Assembly (NCBI RefSeq): GCF_037042905.1
Contig: NC_087250.1
Coordinates: 22,446,001 to 22,510,000, forward strand
Length of the DNA: 64,000 nucleotides
Source of the DNA: Lytechinus pictus
Taxonomy: Eukaryota
Direction: 5' to 3'
Shown here: one piece after another, positions 62,201 to 64,000 of the stretch
Layout: every line of letters begins with the position of its first letter
Numbering within the stretch: the first letter of the stretch is position 1
Position numbers and translations under genes: made by a program
The notes under the pieces: model-generated
What the model was told of the DNA's origin: nothing
The model's database searches: none
The model's input: the letters and a program-made list of their open reading frames with translations, nothing else

Positions 62201-63236
62201 CATTACTAGATACGCACATTTATGTTTTCCACTAATTTGTTTTTTAATGTTAAATGAAGATTTAGTTTACACAGGATGTGGTCACACCAAATGAGACCCT
62301 ACTTTTCGAATAAATATATCCTTGTATTGTACAACATTACAACGTTGTATTACTAGATATGCACATTTATGCTCTGAATGTGGAACAGTGTGAAGTTTGC
62401 ATCGGATGAGTAATCTCACCCGATCAGACCCTACACACTCCTGCCAATAAGTGTATCAATGAATTGTACAACCACACACGTTTCTGCTCTAAAAAAAATT
62501 GTGAATGTTTAACAATGATAAAATTTGAAGGATGGAATAAAAATATTATTGATTGTTATCTGTTTATTTCAAGGTGCCCCTCACTGCAACACAGGTGAAC
62601 GAGCTTGTGATGATGGATCCTGTCTTGATATTACTAAATTCTGTGACTTCAAGTTTGATTGCAACGATGGCAGTGATGAGAAAGAATGTCGTAAGTTGGC
62701 AAAGCGTAATTTTAGGTTAATATGTATATTTTGTAATATTTGTAGCTTGTTTTATATACATGAAATCTGATATTCAGTTAGCGCCATAAGTGTCACTGGA
62801 GAGGGTGTTCACTCTTTAAATCCGCACCACTATTATTAATAACAATAATATTTTTTTCTTTTGAAATTGAGTACTGTAAGCTATATTGTTCATAGCCTAA
62901 AGATAAAGAAAAAATTAACCAAAATTCACTTTTGTTTTTATTTTTTACAGCCTCAGTATGTAGATTTTAATGTGATATGTACTCATATCTATTATTTATT
63001 TTTATCACCTTAATATTTGTATTCCAGTGTTGTTCATCGTCTAAGAGTAGAAGAAAAAATCAACCCAAATTCAATTTTGTTTTGCTCTTTTACAGCTTCG
63101 GTATGTACATTTGAAAATGATATGTGCTCCTGGGAGCAATCTCTAAACGATGATTTTGATTGGCTGAAACACAATGACTCTGATTCGTTGGAATACCTTG
63201 GACCAGATACAGATCACACAATGAATAGTCCAGATG
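799..63236 (+). CDS. MALRD1: Partial multi-exon gene (62 exons in window, open at both ends): giant MAM and LDL-receptor class A domain-containing protein (MALRD1-like / apical endosomal glycoprotein-like)
   Basis: Repeated MAM motifs (CDFExxxCxW, DFDW, GPxxDHT, GxY, FWYHMYG, GDQGxxW, GDIAIDD) interspersed with LDLa modules (CxNGxCI...CD...DCxDxSDExxC). All junctions are GT-AG with compatible phases and the summed exon length of 10,902 nt is a multiple of 3. The symbol is a family-level assignment; orthology was not tested. Confidence 0.9.
1020..1310 (-). mobile_element. tRNA-derived SINE
   Basis: Shares the core GGTACCCATT..ACCTGGGT.GAGTGCAGCAC..AAATTTCTTGCTGAAGGAAA with 9090-9360 and 55747-56024; AAT-rich tail at left. 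Confidence 0.65.
1805..1916 (+). CDS. exon 2 (MAM A end)
   Basis: [35 protein letters not shown]. Confidence 0.85.
2075..2455. repeat. Minisatellite, about 38-bp unit (TATCTTAGGTAGATATGAAAGTAGAATCACTTAAGTT), about 10 copies
   Basis: Head-to-tail degenerate copies with no unique spacers. Confidence 0.85.
2644..3041 (+). CDS. exon 3 (MAM B)
   Basis: [10 protein letters not shown]...FWLHMYG...SSINWN; AG/GTAAGT. Confidence 0.9.
3125..3455 (-). mobile_element. tRNA-derived SINE (second subfamily)
   Basis: (AAT)n tail, core ATGCAATGTATGCACCTTCTCCACTC shared with 25738-25995, tRNA-like head at right. Confidence 0.65.
3564..3654 (+). CDS. exon 4 (MAM B end)
   Basis: [30 protein letters not shown]. 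Confidence 0.85.
4235..4372 (+). CDS. exon 5 (MAM C)
   Basis: [21 protein letters not shown]...DHSTGTAE. Confidence 0.85.
5124..5342. mobile_element. Degenerate MITE, same family as 43159-43368
   Basis: Right end TACTTAAATCTTTGTGAAACACCCCC identical to that of 43159-43368; left TIR decayed. Confidence 0.55.
5377..5577 (+). CDS. exon 6 (MAM C)
   Basis: [23 protein letters not shown]...[10 protein letters not shown]. Confidence 0.85.
6109..6261 (+). CDS. exon 7 (MAM C end)
   Basis: [11 protein letters not shown]...[18 protein letters not shown]. Confidence 0.85.
6618..7042. mobile_element. Non-autonomous hAT-like DNA transposon, 5-bp TSD AGTGT
   Basis: TIRs CAGGGTGCTTCATAA / TTATGTAGCACCCTG; subterminal GGGCAAGT/ACTTGCCC repeats; AGTGT at 6613-6617 and 7043-7047. 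Confidence 0.75.
7240..7380 (+). CDS. exon 8 (MAM D)
   Basis: [14 protein letters not shown]...[12 protein letters not shown]. Confidence 0.85.
7425..8830. repeat. CACAGTGTGTT-type satellite/low-complexity tract, homogeneous at left and diverged at right
   Basis: Dozens of 10-11 bp CACAGTGTGTT/TACAGTGTATT units with higher-order blocks. Confidence 0.9.
9090..9360 (-). mobile_element. tRNA-derived SINE
   Basis: Reverse strand: GTGGTCTAGTGG (A box)...GGATTCGAATCC (B box), conserved core, tail at left. Confidence 0.75.
9558..9686 (+). CDS. exon 9 (MAM D)
   Basis: GYYVYFETS...[11 protein letters not shown]. Confidence 0.85.
10203..10333 (+). CDS. exon 10 (MAM D)
   Basis: GVGELNVYS...[21 protein letters not shown]. 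Confidence 0.85.
10841..10970 (+). CDS. exon 11 (MAM D end + Pro/Thr linker)
   Basis: [27 protein letters not shown]...TPTP. Confidence 0.85.
11199..11256. repeat. (TA)n microsatellite
   Basis: Direct reading. Confidence 0.95.
11848..12000 (+). CDS. exon 12 (MAM E)
   Basis: [18 protein letters not shown]...DHTLRNIN; alternative in-frame acceptor 6 nt downstream. Confidence 0.8.
12616..12885. mobile_element. MITE, PIF/Harbinger-like, 3-bp TSD CAG
   Basis: About 35-bp TIRs GGCCGCGTCTTACAAAGAGATACGATTGATCCGATC; CAG at 12613-15 and 12886-88; decayed relative at about 41325-41570. Confidence 0.8.
12965..13215 (+). CDS. exon 13 (MAM E)
   Basis: [10 protein letters not shown]...WWYHMYG...TGDFT. 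Confidence 0.88.
13861..13951 (+). CDS. exon 14 (MAM E end)
   Basis: [30 protein letters not shown]. Confidence 0.85.
14124..14590. mobile_element. Non-autonomous TIR element flanked by ATAT, nested in an older GC-ended MITE (about 14003-14622)
   Basis: TIRs GTGACCTACCACCCTAAAACCACCAATAAGTCG / CGACTTATTGTTGGTTTTGGGGTGGCAGGTCAC; ATAT on both sides. Confidence 0.75.
15096..16069 (+). mobile_element. Helentron/DINE-1/Tsp-like non-autonomous element
   Basis: Inserted in a T-run; subterminal IR GTCTCACCTGCA (15101) / TGCAGGTGAGAC (16038); (GGC)n microsatellite; 4-5 tandem core repeats of about 160-190 bp containing GGTCAAAGGTCA. Confidence 0.75.
16673..16813 (+). CDS. exon 15 (MAM F)
   Basis: [15 protein letters not shown]...DSTYQTAQ. 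Confidence 0.85.
17253..17415. mobile_element. Short MITE (related elements about 52250-52390, 57290-57410)
   Basis: Imperfect TIR CTGGCGAGCGTTTCAT / ATTAAGCGTTCCCCAG; internal GATTGG(CCAAT) motif shared by the relatives. Confidence 0.5.
17779..18035 (+). CDS. exon 16 (MAM F)
   Basis: GHFLYVD...[10 protein letters not shown]...ALEYT. Confidence 0.85.
18773..19025 (+). CDS. exon 17 (MAM F end / MAM G start)
   Basis: [17 protein letters not shown]...[10 protein letters not shown]...DHTLGTPL. Confidence 0.88.
19416..19675 (+). CDS. exon 18 (MAM G)
   Basis: [11 protein letters not shown]...FWYHLYG...GTNYE. Confidence 0.88.
20235..20703 (+). CDS. exon 19 (MAM G end, LDLa, MAM H start)
   Basis: IIFEGQV...[10 protein letters not shown]...[18 protein letters not shown]...WVHLYGT. 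Confidence 0.9.
20733..21193. mobile_element. Non-autonomous TIR element flanked by ATAT
   Basis: GCTTTTCACA...TTTCCTTAA at left, TTAAGGAAA...TGTGAAAAGC at right; ATAT on both sides. Confidence 0.6.
22210..22545 (+). CDS. exon 20 (MAM H end, LDLa)
   Basis: DVGSLGVF...[11 protein letters not shown]...[16 protein letters not shown]. Confidence 0.9.
22948..23622 (+). CDS. exon 21 (whole MAM I + LDLa)
   Basis: [15 protein letters not shown]...FYYHMYG...[16 protein letters not shown]. Confidence 0.9.
24115..24343 (+). CDS. exon 22 (MAM J)
   Basis: [12 protein letters not shown]...[20 protein letters not shown]; phase-2 donor. Confidence 0.85.
24481..25256. mobile_element. Non-autonomous piggyBac-like element, TTAA TSD
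   Basis: TTAA|CCCTAATTCTCCCGGGG...CCCCGGAGATTTAGGG|TTAA; internal GGGGGGCCATAATG(G)CCCCCC hairpins near both ends; related fragment at about 38150-38310. Confidence 0.85.
25738..25995 (-). mobile_element. 5'-truncated SINE
   Basis: (AAT)n tail and core similar to 3125-3455. Confidence 0.65.
26235..26409 (+). CDS. exon 23 (MAM J)
   Basis: [12 protein letters not shown]...GDHGNQW...GQYY. Confidence 0.85.
27188..27290 (+). CDS. exon 24 (MAM J end)
   Basis: IRFEASPG...[16 protein letters not shown]. Confidence 0.82.
27870..28019 (+). CDS. exon 25 (MAM K)
   Basis: DVSCDFGAG...[14 protein letters not shown]...DHTTGD. Confidence 0.85.
28141..31707. mobile_element. 3.57-kb non-autonomous PIF/Harbinger-like transposon, TSD CAG
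   Basis: Perfect 27-bp TIR GGCCCGTATTCCATAAACGAGATAAGC; subterminal CTAAG/CTTAG repeats; CAG at 28138-40 and 31708-10; no transposase ORF. Confidence 0.88.
28460..29720. repeat. Internal tandem array (about 150-bp subunits / about 320-bp dimers) with GTTGCCATGGTAAC motif
   Basis: GTTGCCATGG(T/C)AAC and GATGTGCAA recur about 7 times. Confidence 0.75.
32346..32533 (+). CDS. exon 26 (MAM K)
   Basis: [20 protein letters not shown]...[10 protein letters not shown]. Confidence 0.85.
32975..33143 (+). CDS. exon 27 (MAM K end)
   Basis: [12 protein letters not shown]...[18 protein letters not shown]. Confidence 0.85.
33812..33940 (+). CDS. exon 28 (MAM L)
   Basis: [12 protein letters not shown]...[11 protein letters not shown]. 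Confidence 0.85.
34560..34822 (+). CDS. exon 29 (MAM L)
   Basis: GHYAYAS...[10 protein letters not shown]...GDQGDVW...SNYK. Confidence 0.88.
35315..35626. mobile_element. MITE, Harbinger-like, TSD TAT
   Basis: About 65-bp TIRs starting GGCCC(A/G)TATTCTGAAGTC; TAT at 35312-14 and 35627-29; decayed relative at about 47443-47746. Confidence 0.82.
36085..36319 (+). CDS. exon 30 (MAM L end / MAM M start)
   Basis: IYFEAISGG...DIAIDD...[12 protein letters not shown]...DHTLQNSY. Confidence 0.88.
36887..36973 (+). CDS. exon 31 (MAM M)
   Basis: [29 protein letters not shown]. Confidence 0.85.
37291..37460 (+). CDS. exon 32 (MAM M)
   Basis: [12 protein letters not shown]...GNQGNVW...DQFW. Confidence 0.85.
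37905..38025 (+). CDS. exon 33 (MAM M end + linker)
   Basis: IIVEGIIG...DTAIDD...PPTTIPTF. Confidence 0.85.
38453..38602 (+). CDS. exon 34 (MAM N)
   Basis: [16 protein letters not shown]...DHTTGDST. Confidence 0.85.
39237..39493 (+). CDS. exon 35 (MAM N)
   Basis: [11 protein letters not shown]...FWFQMYG...TDSYT. Confidence 0.88.
39634..39724 (+). CDS. exon 36 (MAM N end)
   Basis: [30 protein letters not shown]. Confidence 0.85.
39915..40380. repeat. Degenerate tandem repeat, about 95-100 bp unit, 5 copies
   Basis: GACTGGTCA..TGAT..ATTTCAGCCAATCATTT...CACCATTTTA...ATTGATGTGAT recurs. Confidence 0.75.
40400..40531 (+). CDS. exon 37 (MAM O)
   Basis: [12 protein letters not shown]...[12 protein letters not shown]. 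Confidence 0.85.
41110..41255 (+). CDS. exon 38 (MAM O)
   Basis: GHFMFADM...[10 protein letters not shown]...VLQ. Confidence 0.82.
42481..42597 (+). CDS. exon 39 (MAM O)
   Basis: [39 protein letters not shown]. Confidence 0.8.
42615..42965. repeat. (GAT/GGT)n degenerate microsatellite
   Basis: Direct reading. Confidence 0.85.
43159..43368. mobile_element. MITE with about 50-bp TIRs
   Basis: GGGGGTGTTTCACAAAGATTTAAGTATAACTTAGAGTCGCACTT / AAGTGCGACTCTGAGTCATACTTAAATCTTTGTGAAACACCCCC. Confidence 0.8.
43527..43761 (+). CDS. exon 40 (MAM O end / MAM P start)
   Basis: FRFQASS...VAIDDII...[12 protein letters not shown]...DHTLGTPY. Confidence 0.85.
44050..44276 (+). CDS. exon 41 (MAM P)
   Basis: [10 protein letters not shown]...[10 protein letters not shown]...WRQVQ. 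Confidence 0.85.
44737..45937. mobile_element. Putative non-autonomous DNA element with a long terminal hairpin (possibly Crypton-like)
   Basis: ATTATA...TATAAT ends; about 165-bp foldback at left (ATATATGGACTGCTTT/AAAGCAGTCCATATAT, CATGGTTGTTTC/GAAACAACCATG); CpG-rich right part. Confidence 0.5.
45956..46079 (+). CDS. exon 42 (MAM P end)
   Basis: [18 protein letters not shown]...[16 protein letters not shown]. Confidence 0.82.
46084..46178. repeat. (TTGG)n/(TCGG)n microsatellite
   Basis: Direct reading. Confidence 0.9.
46688..46804 (+). CDS. exon 43 (LDLa)
   Basis: [17 protein letters not shown]...[16 protein letters not shown]. Confidence 0.85.
47209..47349 (+). CDS. exon 44 (MAM Q)
   Basis: [14 protein letters not shown]...[12 protein letters not shown]. 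Confidence 0.85.
47932..48585 (+). mobile_element. Second Helentron/Tsp-like element
   Basis: T-run insertion; subterminal IR GTCTTGCCTGC / GCAGGCGAGAC; (GTC)n; 3-4 tandem cores with AAGGTCAA; 3' hairpin AACGC-TTG-GCGTT then CTTG|TT. Confidence 0.72.
48879..49135 (+). CDS. exon 45 (MAM Q)
   Basis: GWYMYVG...[11 protein letters not shown]...GDQGDRW...GGFN. Confidence 0.88.
49791..49875 (+). CDS. exon 46 (MAM Q end)
   Basis: [28 protein letters not shown]. Confidence 0.85.
50515..50643 (+). CDS. exon 47 (LDLa)
   Basis: [15 protein letters not shown]...[18 protein letters not shown]. Confidence 0.85.
51394..51543 (+). CDS. exon 48 (MAM R)
   Basis: [15 protein letters not shown]...[11 protein letters not shown]. 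Confidence 0.85.
52137..52243 (+). CDS. exon 49 (MAM R)
   Basis: [11 protein letters not shown]...GDKARLFSP...YCR. Confidence 0.82.
53178..53342 (+). CDS. exon 50 (MAM R)
   Basis: [13 protein letters not shown]...DLNFQ. Confidence 0.85.
53907..54034. mobile_element. 128-bp MITE, TSD CAA
   Basis: TIR GGTCCCGTAACTTAAAGGTTAGC / GCTAAGCTTTGTGTTACGGGCCC; CAA at 53904-06 and 54035-37; inverted decayed relative at about 58250-58362. Confidence 0.75.
54149..54239 (+). CDS. exon 51 (MAM R end)
   Basis: [30 protein letters not shown]. Confidence 0.85.
54645..54800 (+). CDS. exon 52 (linker + LDLa)
   Basis: [37 protein letters not shown]. Confidence 0.85.
55747..56024 (-). mobile_element. tRNA-derived SINE
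   Basis: Highly similar to 9210-9360; A/B boxes on the reverse strand; (AAT)n tail. Confidence 0.75.
56081..56182 (+). CDS. exon 53 (MAM S)
   Basis: [22 protein letters not shown]. Confidence 0.82.
56215..56470. repeat. Purine-rich low-complexity tract
   Basis: GAA/AAG-rich. Confidence 0.8.
56730..56848 (+). CDS. exon 54 (MAM S)
   Basis: GFYMTVGSG...ARLVS...[10 protein letters not shown]. Confidence 0.82.
57424..57585 (+). CDS. exon 55 (MAM S)
   Basis: VSTAANVP...[16 protein letters not shown]. Confidence 0.8.
58405..58594 (+). CDS. exon 56 (MAM S end + LDLa)
   Basis: IKFVVV...[11 protein letters not shown]...[16 protein letters not shown]. Confidence 0.85.
59518..59664 (+). CDS. exon 57 (MAM T)
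   Basis: [15 protein letters not shown]...[11 protein letters not shown]. Confidence 0.85.
60230..60445. repeat. Pyrimidine-rich low-complexity tract
   Basis: CTT/TTC-rich. Confidence 0.8.
60503..60603 (+). CDS. exon 58 (MAM T)
   Basis: [10 protein letters not shown]...RARLDG...GDCQ. Confidence 0.82.
61266..61430 (+). CDS. exon 59 (MAM T)
   Basis: [13 protein letters not shown]...GPQGDVW...SRFQ. Confidence 0.85.
61450..61863. mobile_element. MITE, Harbinger-like, TSD TTG
   Basis: TIR GGCCCGTCGCAGAAAAGTTACTATTATGTTA / TAACATAATGGCAACTTTTATGCAACGGGGCC; TTG at 61447-49 and 61864-66. Confidence 0.72.
62045..62165 (+). CDS. exon 60 (MAM T end)
   Basis: [25 protein letters not shown]. Confidence 0.85.
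62574..62690 (+). CDS. exon 61 (LDLa)
   Basis: [17 protein letters not shown]...[16 protein letters not shown]. Confidence 0.85.
63096..63236 (+). CDS. exon 62 (MAM U start)
   Basis: [14 protein letters not shown]...[12 protein letters not shown]. Confidence 0.85.
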
Positions 63237-63469
63237 GTGAGTTATTAAATCTCCTCTCACTCTCTATTTTTCCTTCTCTCCCTCCCTCCCTTCCTCCCCC
63301 CCCCCCCCCTCTCCCTCCAAAACAAAATTTGTATTCTGGAAAACAAAAAAAATTTGCTGTTGTCAAACCTATGTTCTCGCAACGCTGCTAGCACTGAATG
63401 ATGTCACAGACTTTGGGATGGTGATTTTTTTTTGCCTGTTTGCTGAGACATGAATGCATGTAAGCAAGC

Positions 63470-63610
63470 AAACACCCAAGATCCTCTCTGAGGGACCTGG
63501 TAATGAGGATATTAAAATGCCGTACTAGCACTAGCGCATTAAGGGGGAATCAAACCCGGGTCACCAGAATCCGAATCCCCCATTCTATCGACTGAGCTAG
63601 AAACCTCCAT
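63470..63610 (-). mobile_element. Degenerate tRNA-derived SINE head (related fragment at 35205-35312)
   Basis: Reverse strand TAGCTCAGTCGATAGA...GGTTTGATTCCC; shares ACTAGCG and TCACCAGAAT motifs with 35240-35281. Confidence 0.45.
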
Positions 63611-64000
63611 ATAGGACAGTGAAAAGTGCAAGATAGCCCAATTTCGAAACCTGCTTCTTTGAGTTATTATCAAGTAAAAGGCTTGACTGTCAAGCAATGA
63701 GAGTATATAAGCCTAGCTGCCTTGAATTGTTATGTTTTGTAATAACTTATAAAATAGCTCATAAGCTGTTAATTGGTATATGATTTGTCATTTTCACATT
63801 ATATAGCTCATAAGAAGGACAGACCTTGATAGGTCATTGTCCTACTGTCTGCCCCTCACATCTGCCTTATGATAGTTTTAACCTTGCTTTGTTTTTTGTT
63901 TTTTGTTTTTTGCTTATTGTGCTGTATATATATTATTTTGATATGTTCTTTGTCATTTTTGAGAGATGTGAATTAAGTTGAATTTAATTGAATTCAATAA

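Noticed and set aside
799..63236. Non-canonical splicing, recoding or pseudogenisation of the main gene
   Set aside because: All 61 introns read GT-AG, the phases chain, and I saw no in-frame stop in the exons

Overview
AT-rich eukaryotic (animal) genomic DNA. The repeat complement suggests a marine invertebrate, possibly an echinoderm (inference). The whole window lies inside one very large plus-strand gene encoding a MAM and LDL-receptor class A domain protein (MALRD1/apical endosomal glycoprotein-like); its start and stop codons are outside the window. I read 62 GT-AG exons (799-63236). Their phases chain without frameshift, giving about 10.9 kb of CDS (about 3,630 aa) with about 21 MAM domains (2 partial) and 8 LDLa modules, arranged as a duplicated 9-MAM/3-LDLa super-repeat. 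Introns hold tRNA-derived SINEs (mostly antisense), many non-autonomous DNA transposons (Harbinger-like, piggyBac-like, hAT-like, Helentron/Tsp-like), satellites and microsatellites. Three things stand out: (i) about a dozen decayed-to-perfect local copies of exon ends with their splice sites ('exon shadows'); (ii) a 3.6-kb TIR element whose empty target site is visible elsewhere in the window; (iii) dense tracts of TA-NNNN-TA micro-palindromes confined to two transposon interiors. No CRISPR array, rRNA, true tRNA gene or autonomous transposase was found.
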